The notes under the pieces: generated by a model
What the model was told of the DNA's origin: nothing
The model's input: the letters and a program-made list of their open reading frames with translations, nothing else
Database searches by the model: none
Assembly: GCA_964016885.1 (NCBI GenBank)
Contig: OZ024742.1
Span: 6,572,001-6,636,000 of the forward strand
DNA length: 64,000 nt
From: Eledone cirrhosa
Lineage: Eukaryota
Direction of reading: 5' to 3'
Program-made: the position numbers and the translations under genes
Shown: piece by piece, positions 26,132 through 37,290 of the stretch
How positions within the stretch are numbered: the first letter of the stretch is position 1
How the letters are laid out: the number at the start of each line of letters is the position of its first letter

Positions 26132-29100
26132 ATGGTCAATATAAGAGTTGGATGTGTGAATGCACGCGGCTTGGGGATGTCCTGGAAACAGGGCAAACTC
26201 TTAAATGACCTCAGGTCGCACAGAGTGGATGTAATGGTTATTTGCGAGTCCAGGATCAGCAGCGAGCGCCAACTGGCCCCCATCTTCGACGACTTTGAGA
26301 TCTACGCATCTCTCTGTCAGCCGAGGGGTGGGGGTGGGGTTTGTCGTTCTGCTGCGAAAATACCTGGGTCTTGCCACACAGAAGGTACACCTGGACCCGG
26401 AGGGTCGACTGGTGGTTTTAGACGTCGGCAGTGGTGAAGGTGGAGCTTTCAGGCTGGTGGCAGCGTATGCCCCATCGGGAACACCGCGACCGGACTTCTT
26501 CCGACGCCTGGAGAATTTCCTGGGAACGTCTCGCTCCTTGCTTTTAGTGGGGGACTGGAATGGTATCCTGGATGCACGTTGGGACTATGTAGGGGCATGT
26601 CCCGATAGAGGGGGTTGTAACAGCCTCAAACGATTAATCGGCCGATTTGATCTGGCCGATAGATATCGACTGGATTTTCCGACTGTGCCACGGTGGACGT
26701 GGAGTAATCGCAGCGGAACATCCAGGTCGTACCTGGATAGGTTCATAGTTAGAAATAAGGATAGGGACATATTAAGCTGTCCACGAATGTTCATGGTTGA
26801 CTATTCGGATCACAAGTTGTTGACCGGAATGGTCAACCTTGATAGAACTCATAGACAGGGACCCGGTTACTGGAAGCTAAACTTGTCTTTACCGACAAAC
26901 AAAGCTTACAGTAAGCGGATTAACACACTAGTTAAGCAGCGTTTGACGGGGGCAATTGTCAACAACAGGTGGTGGGGCTCTCTCAAGAGAGAAATTAGAA
27001 TAGAATCGATAGGTTTTAGTCGGGAATTAGCATCAGATAGGAATAGAACTGAAAGGGAATTAACAAATAGAGTAGAAGAGGCGATTAGGAGTGGCAACGT
27101 GGCCGGCGTGCTGGCGTCAAGAACGGCCCTAGACCAGTTCTTTGATGCGAAGCACGAGGGCTGCGTTGTCAGGAGTAAAATACGTGCTCTGGGTAACGAG
27201 GGAGCCAAAGCTGTTAGCTGGGCCCGAGTGACAGAGGCAAAAAGTGGGAACAAGTCCACGATTCGGTCTTTGAAGGACCAGGATGGACGCGTGATCCTTG
27301 AACCTGAGCGGATGAGCGCGGCCTTTCAACGGCGCTTTGCACGACTGTTCGGGAGGGGCGGCAGGCCGGATGGGGCCATGGATTTCGGTCCATACCTCGA
27401 CGGTCTGGCGCGACTCTCGGACGGGGAGGCGAAGTGCTGAGAGAGGCCGATTTCAGCCGCTGAAATAGGGGAAGCGCTGAGCCAATGCGGCAAACGCAAA
27501 TCTCCGGGTCTCGATGGTCTACCATACGAACTTTATGTAGCGATGCCGGGCTTGTTCTCCGGTCTCCTCGAGGCGGTCTACTGCAACTGGCAGCAGAACG
27601 GGAGAATTCCCAGTTCTGTGACCAAGGGCGTAGTCACGCTGGTGAGGAAGGACGAGAACAAGGGGGATGACATAGATAACTTCAGGCCCATAACTCTGCT
27701 AAACACAGAGTTAAAGATTTTGGCCAAGGTGTTAGCGAAGAGGTTGGCGCTTGTCGTCGGGAACCTGGTGGGAGAAGCGCAGACATGCGCAATCCCGTCC
27801 AGGTCCATACACGACAACCTCCACCTCATGCGATACATCGTAGAGAGGGTAGGGAACGAACCCGGCTTTGGTGGGGCCCTAATCAACTTGGATCAATCTA
27901 AAGAGTTCGATAGGGTTGACCATCGGTACCTGGATGCGGTGCTCGCGGCGGCAGGCTTCGGACCCGTTTTCAGGGGATGGATTGCTGCAATGCACAGCAG
28001 CAACACCTCCTCGAGGGTCAAGGTGAACGGCTACCTCTCGGAGCCGTTCCAAATCACGCGATCTATTCGACAGGGATGCCCTCTCTCCTCCATCCTGTAT
28101 GTGCTGGCTCTCGAGCCACTACTGAGGATGCTGGAGCTGTTGCAGGGCATCCCCTTGGAACCGGGATTGCGGAAAGCGGTGTCGGCCTACGCCGATGACG
28201 TGACAGTAATGGTGTCGTGCGCCTCGGAAATCGGGCAGATCGGCACCTTACTGGAGGAATATGAAAGGTTCACAGGAGCCAAGCTGAACCGGGACAAGTC
28301 CGTCGGTTTGCAACTCGGAACGTGGAGGGGCAAAACGATGCCCTCCGACGGCATCGTCGGACGCTGGACGGAGGGACCGGTGAAGCTGCTCGGGGTCTGG
28401 TTCGGACTGGACCTCCAGGTGTAGAAAAACTGGGACGAGGTAACGGGTAAGGTGTTTGCACTCGCCCAGAAGTGGGCCGAGTGCAAACTATCCCTGAAAG
28501 GTCGAGCGGAGGTGGCGAACGCTTATATAGCGTCCGTCATCTACTACCGCTTGACCGTCGTGCCTTGCCCAGAGAAAACACTCGCCAAAATGGAGCGTGC
28601 GCTCTTCCGATTTCTTTGGAAGAAGCGGGCTCCTTTGGTGAGAAGATCCATCTGCTGTCAACACCCTTCGAACGGAGGGCTGGGGTGCCGTGGCTGACGA
28701 TGCGTAGACACGTATTAAGGCTACGGCACCTCCAGGTATTCCTCACCGGTCAGCCGGTGTAGGCCCTGTTTGTGAGGCGAGCCTTTCCGAGACTCGTCTC
28801 ACTCACTGAGCTGCAATCCTGGGTCAAGCAAAGACCGAGAAAAGTGGGCGACTGGCACATTGAATGTGCCCAGGCGCTCACGGCCCTCTGGCAAGCGGTT
28901 CCGGCAATCAGTGGAGACTCAACCTCAACATTCTATAGAGGGTTGGTGCGCAGTAAGTGCGACGACGCTCTCGGAGAGGCTCTGGGCATGGAGGAAGACG
29001 AGCTGGCCAGTCTGTTCGGTAGGACGTTTGGCCCGGGACCGATGGACAACTTCCAAAAGTCCCTGGCTTGGCAATGTTACTGAGGAGCTCTACCCGTTCG

Positions 29101-29568
29101 GGAAAGCTCTACAGACACGGGCTCCCGGGTAGGGACCCCTCGAAGAAGATCTGTCCAAGATGCGTGCGTGACGAGGAAACCGTCGCACACGCATTCGCAC
29201 ACTGCCCGGGCGTTGCTGACCTGTGGGGCTATGTAGAATGACTACTGTCGCGGGTGGGACCAATCCGGTTGACCACCGAGAACATTGTCACAATCAAACC
29301 GCCTCCCCCTTTCAAAAACGAAGGAGAGGCGGTTTTCCTCTGTGTGATAGCCATGGCGAAAGAAGTTGTATGGTGGACAAGGTTGAAAGGGCTGAGGTCA
29401 GACACCTATCTCTCCGGCCAACAACTGGTCTTTTTTTTCAAGTACCACTTTAGAAGAAGGATCAGAATGGAGAGAGAGGTGCTCTACCCCAGCAAGTTTT
29501 ATGAAAGATGGGTGAAAGTAGCGAGAATGGCCCGAGTGAATGGGCCTTCTCTCTATATCAGCCTGTAG
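26132..29568 (+). pseudogene. LINE ORF2 (APE endonuclease, reverse transcriptase, C-terminal CCHC), disrupted
   Basis: VGCVNARGL, AYAPS, VGDWN, SYLDRF, YSDH, KSPGLDG, FRPITLLN, RQGCPLS, AYADD, LLGV, CPRC..EETVAHAFAHC. Frameshifts at ~26340, ~28685 and ~29100; stops at 27438, 28422, 28760, 29081. Confidence 0.93.
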
Positions 29569-30119
29569 GTGAGAGAGGAGAAGAATGAGAAGAGGAAGGA
29601 AGCACCCGTTCTTTGTGCTCCTGAAGAGCAAGGTTGCACATTTTTTTCGGGGGTGTGTGCGACCCATGTCAACGCCCCTCCCTATTGAGGACATCGATTG
29701 TTAAATTTAATTTGTTATATGTTTTTTACACGTCTTTTTAAATGTATATAAACTCCCCTCTTTGTATTTGTCCCAATCTTTGATGCCCTGGTGGCAAATA
29801 AATAGAAATATATATCTACTATACGGAACTCTCTCCCAACCTTCTCTCTATATCCATTTCCCCAAAACTCTACCCCTCTCTCTATATATCCTACAACACT
29901 CTCTCTCATTCCCTCTCACTCTATCCATTACCACCACATTCTCCCCCTCTCTACATCAACCATGTAACATACACTCCCAATCCCCCTCTCTATATCCATC
30001 ACCACCAAACTCTCTCCCTCTCTCTACCTAATATATATATCAAATATTACAGCCTGTGTATTATTGAGACATCACTAATCAATGATTGTGTTGATATAGT
30101 TTTATTGCTAAGGTGTAAT

Positions 30120-30574
30120 GCTGGGAGTAGTGGTAGTAGTAGTAATAGTGGTAGTGATGGTGGTAGTAGTGGTGGTGGTGGTGGTAGTGGTGGTGGTAGT
30201 GGTGGTCGTAGTAGTAATAGTGGTGGTAGTAGTAGTAGTTGTGGTGGTGGCGGTAGTAGTAGTAGTGGTGGTAGTAGTAGTAGTGGTGGTAGTAGTAGTG
30301 GTGGTGGTAGTAGTGGTGGTGGTAGTAGTGGTGGTGGTAGTAGTGGTGATGGTGGTGGTGGTGGTAGTGGTGGTGGTGGTGGTGGTAGTGGTGGTGGTAG
30401 TGGTGGTAGTTGTGGTGGTGGTAGTAGTAGTTGTGGTAGTGGTGGTAGTGGTGGTGGTAGTAGTAGTGGTGGTAGTGGTGATGGTACTAATAGTAGTGGT
30501 GGTAGTAGTGGTGGTGGTGTTAGTGGTGGTGGTGGTGGTAGTGGTGGTAGTAGTGGTGGCGGTAGTGGTGGCAC

Positions 30575-30608
<34 letters not shown>

Positions 30609-30719
30609 GGTGGTGGTAGTGGTGGTAGTGGTGTGGTGGTGGTGGCAGTGGTGGTGGTGGTGGTAGTAGTAGTAGTGCTTGTTATCACTTAAAACTTAGT
30701 AGTAGTAGTAGTAGTGGTC

Positions 30720-30763
<44 letters not shown>

Positions 30764-30894
30764 GGTGGTGGTGGTAGTAGTAGTGGTGGTAGTAATAGTG
30801 GTGGTAGTAATAGTGGTGGTAGTAATAGTGGTGGTGGTAGTAGTGGTGGTAGTAATAGTGGTGGTAGTAGTAGTAGTGGTAGTAGTAGTTGTAA

Positions 30895-30926
<32 letters not shown>
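30120..30926. repeat. (GGT/AGT)n trinucleotide repeat tract
   Basis: Direct inspection. Confidence 0.97.
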
Positions 30927-30927
<1 letters not shown>

Positions 30928-31090
30928 GCGTGGGTCATCTTTGTACTTTTATCTCTCCGACAATCGATAAAAGGATACAATAATCAATTGGTGGAGTGAA
31001 AGTCTTTGACACTTCCCCCTCCCACACCATATACATCAGAACATATCGACACTGGAAATCAATATTATCTTAGAACCAGAGGGCGGTAAA

Positions 31091-31310
31091 ATAATAGTTT
31101 CTCATTTAGGCACAAGATCAACAATTTGGGGGAGGGTAAAGTCGACTAAATCGACCCCAGTGCGTGACTGGTACTTTATTTTATCGACCCTGTAAGGATG
31201 AAATGCAAAGTTAACCTCGGCAGGATTTGAACTCAGAATAGCAAGGGCGGTAACTCTATGCGTCAAAGCATGGTGTCATGCTCTCTACCGATTTTGCCAA
31301 TCCACCGCCC
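31091..31310 (-). mobile_element. tRNA-derived SINE with Meta-like central domain
   Basis: Minus strand GGCGGTGGATTGGC..(A box)..GAGTTCAAATCC (B box)..TTTCATCCTTACAGGGTCGATAAAATAAAGTACCAG..TTGTGCCTAAA..ATTAT. Confidence 0.85.
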
Positions 31311-31330
31311 TTAGTATGAGCTAAAATAAT

Positions 31331-31515
31331 TGTTTCTACTTTAGGCACAAGGCCAGCAATTACCCAGTACATTACTGGTACTTTATTTTATCGACCCCGT
31401 AAGGATGAAAAGCAAAGTTAACCTCGACGGGATTTGAACTGAGACCGTAAAGGGAGGTAACTATGCTGGAAAACATGGCGTCCGACCCTCTACCGATACT
31501 GCCAATTCACCGCCC
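31331..31515 (-). mobile_element. SINE (same family) with 20-bp target-site duplication
   Basis: Flanked by TTAGTATGAGCTAAAATAAT at 31311-31330 and 31516-31535. Confidence 0.88.
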
Positions 31516-32446
31516 TTAGTATGAGCTAAAATAATAGCATTAGAAGAGTAATGAAACACAATTAGTTGCATGTAATTATGTTGTTGAAATCATATCTGTG
31601 GTTGGTTTCTTTTTGTTTATATTTTTCAAGAACCAATAAATCAAAGAACTGATTGATTTGCTGCTGTTTTCTCTGTTGTCATTCACCTGATTAGTGATCA
31701 AATTCATCAACATGCTTCGCAAGTGGAGAGCTGACTAGCAACATACATCTTAACCGGTTCAACTGAATGTCAACCCCAATACAGTGTTCACACCAGCGTT
31801 CACAGAGTGGATGTCCCTGAATCGCCTACACATAGATGTCGGTAGATTCAGGGGCAATGCTGTCATGCGCCTCTGTGGGTTGCTGCCATCAACAGCCTTC
31901 CTGTGTGGCTTACCATAGCACACTGCAGAATACATAATGAGGGTTCAGATCTTCACCCACCTGAGAGTGTGGACATCACGTACTCTAATCCTAATAAAGT
32001 GACCTGGTTGCCGTGTCTGGCAGATGTCACGTGGTCAGTGCCTGGATCTCTGCCCACCTGAGAATCTGGATATCACGTGCTATAATGCCAATAGAAGAAG
32101 AAGAAGAAGAAGAAGAAGAAGAAGGGGGAGGAGGAGATAGAGCTAATCAAATATTGGAAAGTGATATTATCGAACATACCTCAAATCAGAACTAATGTGT
32201 CTTAATGGCAGAAATCGATGTTTATAAAAGAACAACAAAAGTACTCCAGGTGAAGTAAATGGATTAAAGAGGGCGGTGTGGGGCGGTGTAGGGTGGTGTG
32301 GGGTGGGTAGAGTGGGGTAGAGTGGGGTGGGTGTGAGAATATGATCGATTAGAAGAGAATGTTTGGTTACAAGGTTTCTAGTTCAAATCCTCCTGTTGAT
32401 TACTTTTTTGTCTGTTCCAGCTGACAGGCAGTGGGCATTCTAGAGG

Positions 32447-32567
32447 CATGCTGAGGTTATGCTGGTGCCATGCTGGGGCAAAGCTGAAGCCATGTTTGGG
32501 TCATACTGAGGCTATACTGGGGCTATGTTGGAGCCATGCTGAGGTTATGCTGAGCCCATGCTGTGGC
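32447..32567. repeat. 11-bp minisatellite (CCATGCTGRGG-like, ~11 copies)
   Basis: gcatgctgagg/ttatgctggtg/ccatgctgggg/... with 11-nt period. Confidence 0.8.
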
Positions 32568-32689
32568 ATCGCCAAATTTCAGTGCGGCAAATTATACTGT
32601 ATACTGTAATGTTTTCCAATTCATAATAAAGCATATCTTTCCATAAATCAGAACTTTCTAGATGAGTGCTCCGTATCAACGCGAGATCA

Positions 32690-32775
32690 AGTATCTTGCT
32701 TAAGGTCACAACACGACGACGATAATCAAACCCTCGGCCTTGAGATTTTGAGGTGAACATTCTTACCACAAAGTG
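32690..32775 (-). mobile_element. Degraded tRNA-derived CORE-like SINE head
   Basis: Minus strand TGTGGTAAGAATGTTCACC..GGGTTTGATT..TGTTGTGACCTTAAGCAAGATAC. Confidence 0.5.
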
Positions 32776-32867
32776 ACCTGTCTTCTCAATTCAGAGCTAT
32801 TCCAGATATACGATGTAAGTCAAAAGACTGGATCATTACAACTGGGATATTGTAAAAACCTGTTTAT

Positions 32868-33160
32868 TGGTGGTGGTAGTGGTGGTGTTGGTGGTGGTAG
32901 TAGTGGTGGTGTTTGTGGTGGTGGTAGTGGTGGTGGTGGTGGTAGTGGTGGTGGTGGTGATGTTTATGGTGGTGTTTGTGTTGGTGGTGGTGGAGGTGTT
33001 TGTGTTGGTGGTGCAGTTTGTGGTGGGGTAGTTTAGGAATTAGTGGTGGTGGTAATGGTAGTAGTAGAAGTATTATTATTATTATTAGTAGTAGTAGTAG
33101 TAACAGTAGTAGTGTTAGTAGAAGTGTTAGTAGTAGTAGTAGTTGTGTTAGTAGTAGTGT

Positions 33161-33198
<38 letters not shown>

Positions 33199-33396
33199 TT
33201 AGTAGTAGTGTTAGTAGTAGTAGTGTTAATAGTGTTAGTAGTAGTAGTAGTAGCATCAGCAGTAGTAGTAGTAGTAGTAGCAGCAGCAGTAGTAGTAGTA
33301 GTGTTAGTAGTAGCAGCAGCAGCAGCAGCAGCAGTAGTAGTGTTAGTAGTAGTAGTAGTAGTAGTAGTAGTAGAAGTAGTAGTAGTAGTAGTAGTA
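32868..33396. repeat. (GGT)n/(AGT)n/(AGC)n trinucleotide tract
   Basis: Direct inspection. Confidence 0.95.
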
Positions 33397-33405
33397 ATGA
33401 AATAT

Positions 33406-33578
33406 ATAATTGTTTCTACGTTTGGCACAAGGCCAGCAATTACCCAGAGCATTACTGGTACTTTATTTTATCGACCCGTAAGGATGAAAGGCAAAGTTAA
33501 CCTCGGTGGGATTTGAACTCAGAACGGCAAGGGCCGTAACTGTATACGTGAAAGCATAGCGTCCGAGCGTCTACCGCC
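33406..33578 (-). mobile_element. SINE (same family as 31091), head slightly truncated
   Basis: GGCACAAGGCCAGCAATT..GTACTTTATTTTATCGACCC..GGATTTGAACTC. Confidence 0.85.
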
Positions 33579-33892
33579 AGAACCACAACCCAATGATCTG
33601 TTCAAGTAGGGACACAAGCAATAAAATCTATGTTGATAGACAATCTCCTAATGACAACAGAAGGTAGAATAGTAATTAATTGATTAGTCAGCAGATATCA
33701 TAGACCAGGGCCATTGATGGGGGGTTGGGGGGCTGGGGTGAAGGGGGTCTGGTGGTGGTGGAGGTGGTGGTGGTAGTGGTGGCGTTGGGCGGTGAAGGGA
33801 AAGTGAAAAGTAGTGTTTGATTGTAAATTAATCTCGTATTTGTTATTGGCACATATCTATATATGTATATATATACATATATATATATGTAT

Positions 33893-34290
33893 AAATGTAA
33901 TCTGAGTTTTTCGAATATTAATAATTGTCTAGTTTTGGCACAAGGCCAGCAATTATTACAGTGTATTACTGGTACTTTATTTTATCGACCCCGTAAAGAT
34001 GATAGGCAAAGTTGAGCTCGGTGGGATTTGAACTCAGATCATAAAAGGCCGTAACTCTTTGCTGCAAAGCATGGCGTCCGACCCTCTACCGATACTGCCA
34101 ATCCACCGCCTTTCGAATATTAATAATAATATTTGACTCGCTTGCAATTATGCAAACAAGCCTCATTTTTAGAACAAGAATGAGGGGCTCATTCTACTGA
34201 CATGGCATTAAAAATGAGGCTCGTTTGCATTAATTGCGAACGAATCGAATATTATTATTAATATTCGAAAAACTCAGATTACATCTATTT
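33893..34290. mobile_element. MITE-like inverted-repeat element interrupted by a SINE
   Basis: ATGTAATCTGAGTTTTTCGAATATTAATAAT[SINE]AATATTTGACTCGCTTGCAATTATGCAAACAAGCCTCATTTT mirrors 34210-34286. Confidence 0.65.
33926..34110 (-). mobile_element. SINE (same family) with 17-bp TSD
   Basis: TTTCGAATATTAATAAT at 33909-33925 and 34111-34127. Confidence 0.88.
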
Positions 34291-34336
34291 TATTCAGCCA
34301 TGTAGAGCGAAAACACATAAATTTTTTTTTATTTTA

Positions 34337-34392
<56 letters not shown>

Positions 34393-34397
<5 letters not shown>

Positions 34398-35475
34398 AAA
34401 AAATGAAATTTCCTTTCTCACTCTTAGTACAGCTGATAATATAAGTATGTGTACGTATATACATATATGTATACAGACTTAAAGTAGTATGTATATACAT
34501 ACATGCACACATATATATATATGTACCGAACATTTATTATAATGCTCGGTTTGTTTGTAAACAAACAGCCCGAAATGTACGTCTGTATGCATATATGTAT
34601 GCACGTATACATACTATATTTAAGTATCAGCTGTACTAAGAGTGAGAAATGAAATTTCATTTTTTTCCATTTATCCTTTTCGATACGTCCGGGCGACTAA
34701 ATCACTCGATATGCAAATTAGGCTGCTCAGCCGTTAATATGCATAAGGAAAGTATATACTTTCAAATGTTCAATCGACTGACAGGAAGGTATACGGTGCT
34801 TATGACAGCTAATAAGCTAGAAAGTAGTTCATCGTTCCTTTGTCAGTGTTGAACAAAAGGACAACAATGGTTGCCGAACACTGTACGGCTAAACATTCGG
34901 GCTGTTTGTTTACAAACAAACCGAACATTATAATAAATGTTCGGTAAACCCATACGTACATATATATATATATGCATGTATGTATGTATATACATACCAC
35001 TGTACGTCTGTATGCATATATGTATGTACGTATACATAATTTATTTAAGTATCAGCCGTACTAAGAGTGAGAAATGAAATTTCATTTTTTTCCATTTACC
35101 GTTTTCTCGTTTTCGTTACGCCCGGCCGACTAACTCACTCGATATGCAAATTAGGCTGCTCAGCGGTTAATATGCATAAGGAAAGTATATACTTTCAAAC
35201 GTTCAATCGACTGACAGGAAGGTATACGGTGCTGATGACAGCTAATACGCTAGAAACTAGTTCATCGTTCCTTTGTCAGTGTTGAACAAATAAGGCATCG
35301 ATGGTTGCCGAACACTGTAAGGTTAATAATTCGGGCTGTTTGTTTACAAACAAACCGAGCATTATAATAAATGTTCGGTAAACCCATACGTACATATATA
35401 TATATGTGCATGTATGTATGTATATACATACTACTGTACGTCTGTATACATATATGTATGTACCTATAAATACTT
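34393..35475 (+). mobile_element. HHR-containing ~430-bp tandem repeat with 5' inverted partial copy (retrozyme/pLTR-like)
   Basis: Two tandem units (GGTATACGGTG at 34788 and 35221, period 433), an inverted fragment at 34393-34570, and (TA)n on both sides. Confidence 0.8.
35226..35268 (+). ncRNA. Type I hammerhead ribozyme
   Basis: ACGGTG-CTGATGA-CAGC..GCTA-GAA-ACTAGT-T-CATCGT. The copy at ~34793 has mutated core bases. Confidence 0.72.
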
Positions 35476-35476
35476 A

Positions 35477-35523
<47 letters not shown>

Positions 35524-35748
35524 TGGCGGACTGGGTCTAAAAATATTGGTTGCCAGGAGATGAAGGGGGACACCTACATATAGAATTCTATCATTTAATT
35601 TTTATAATGAATAAATAACATTAGAGGAAACAAAACAGTGCAATCAAATTTTTGCGGAAAATATCTTACCTTCGCCAATAAAAAATATGGATTTTGCGAA
35701 ATCCAGACACTTTCAATAATGACGTTTGATCTTTCACACTCACTCACT

Positions 35749-35809
<61 letters not shown>

Positions 35810-35815
<6 letters not shown>

Positions 35816-37280
35816 GAAAAATTGAACAGGGACAGAACAGAGAGGCAGTACGATAAATGTTTATTAAATTCACGCTCAGGAGAGTGGGGGGTAGGTGGGG
35901 GACGACGTTTCGGGCATAAGCCCTTCTTCAGGTGAGAAGTGTGTGGGAACAGAGTTCAAAAGGTGTGTAGGGGAGTGGTGGAGAGACATATAGCGAAAGG
36001 AAACGGTGCGAATGAAAAATTAACAAATAAAGACAAAAAATATAATAAATAATAAATAAAAATAAAGCATGATCAAAATACAAGGAAAGAGAAAATTTAA
36101 AAATAAAGGCATGATCAAAATAAACTGAAATTAAAAGGGGGGTAAACAGGTGGTGGAAGGGTGTGGGGTGAGTAGGGGTGGTGGCGGGTGGAGTGAGGAG
36201 AGGGAGACGGGGTGTCCGAGCGGGGAGGGCTGAAGGTGGTGTGTGTGGTTAGGTGTGCGTGTGTGTGTGTGTGTGTGTATGTGAAAGTGAGGGTTGGGGG
36301 AAGAACGGGGTTGCATGTTCAGGAAGGTGTGTGTGGGGGGTGTTTTTGTGGGTCGGAGTGTCTGTGCGTGTGTGGATAGGGGGGTGGGGGGAGATGAATC
36401 AGGAGGCTGAGGGTGTAAATATGTGGTGGGAAGCACGTGTGGTGGTTTAAGCGTGTTGTGGGTGTGGCTGGCGTGTGGATAAAAAAAATGTTTTCTTGGG
36501 GTGTGTGTGTGGGTGAGTTATATAGGTGATGGTGTAAGAGGATGGTTGAAAAGTTGGTAAGTTCCACGGATGTTTGGAGATTTTGGTTAGAAGTCAAATT
36601 CGCGTGTGGGTAATCCAAGAAGCGGTGGTCGGAAGAGGAGAGATGTGGGGTGCGCGCGCAACAGGAAGAGGTCAGCAGTGGGAGTGCTGTGGTCGGAAGG
36701 GCATAGCAGCAGTCGGCGGAATGGTAGGGAGGCGAGGATGGGTAGGTGTGAGAGTTGGAGTGAGGAGGGTGTGTGTGTGTGTGTGTGTGTATTAGTAGGG
36801 GTGTTAGTGGGATGAGTGAGTGTGGAACGAGGAGAGACGGGTGTGTGTGGTTCTATGGAGGGAGTGTGGTGTACTGGTGTGTGTGTAGTTTGGTGAAGAG
36901 GTGTTAGTGGGTGTTAGTATACGGGAGATGGGGAGGGGTGGAATGCAGGTGTGAGTGGGGGTTAGTGGGGGTAAGGTGTGTAGAGTTGGTGGTGTACGAG
37001 GATGTGTGGGTACGTGTGCGTGGGGTTGGAGGGTGTTAGTGATGTTAGTTGCGTGTGGGGTGGGTGGTGTAAGTGGGTGCGTGTGTGCGTGTGATAAGGA
37101 GGGGGGAGGAGGAGAAGAGGGGAGGGAAGGGATGTTAGTATGTTAGTTGGGGAAGGGTGGTCAGATGAGGGGTGGAGTGGAGGTGTTAGTATTGTGAGTG
37201 TGGGGTGGGCGGTGAAAAGGAGGGGTGTGTTAGTGTTGTTAGTGGGGGATAAGTGTGGGGGGAGGGGGGCGGTCGAACGC
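35810..37280 (-). mobile_element. PLE-like 3' terminal segment (CA-rich) ending in HHR, AATAAA and (TA)n
   Basis: Minus strand HHR at ~35901-35934, TTTATT at ~35859 on plus, (TA)n at both ends, no coding remnant recognised. Confidence 0.55.
35901..35934 (-). ncRNA. Minimal hammerhead ribozyme motif
   Basis: CAC-CTGAAGA-AGGGC/TTAT/GCCC-GAAACGTC-GT. Stem I is only ~2 bp. Confidence 0.6.
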
Positions 37281-37290
37281 ATATATATAT

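Larger units (their letters stand above)
24090..30040 (+). mobile_element. Tx1/L1-clade non-LTR retrotransposon, near full length, decayed
   Basis: ORF1 with CCHC knuckle, ORF2 APE-RT-CCHC, CT-rich 3' tail. Ends are approximate. Confidence 0.9.

Noticed and set aside
27438-27440. In-frame TGA in Tx1 ORF2 (and TGA at ~46779 in the Naiad) as selenocysteine
   Set aside because: Both copies carry other disablements (TAG stops and/or frameshifts). The Naiad TGA falls where Gly is expected (F-G-F). Ordinary decay is simpler.
30047-33516. Gly/Ser-, Pro-, Val- and Thr-rich ORFs
   Set aside because: Translations of trinucleotide repeats, open in several frames.
35521-35740. CAGTGGCGGACTGG as a hAT-like terminal inverted repeat
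   Set aside because: No matching second end or TSD found in the window.
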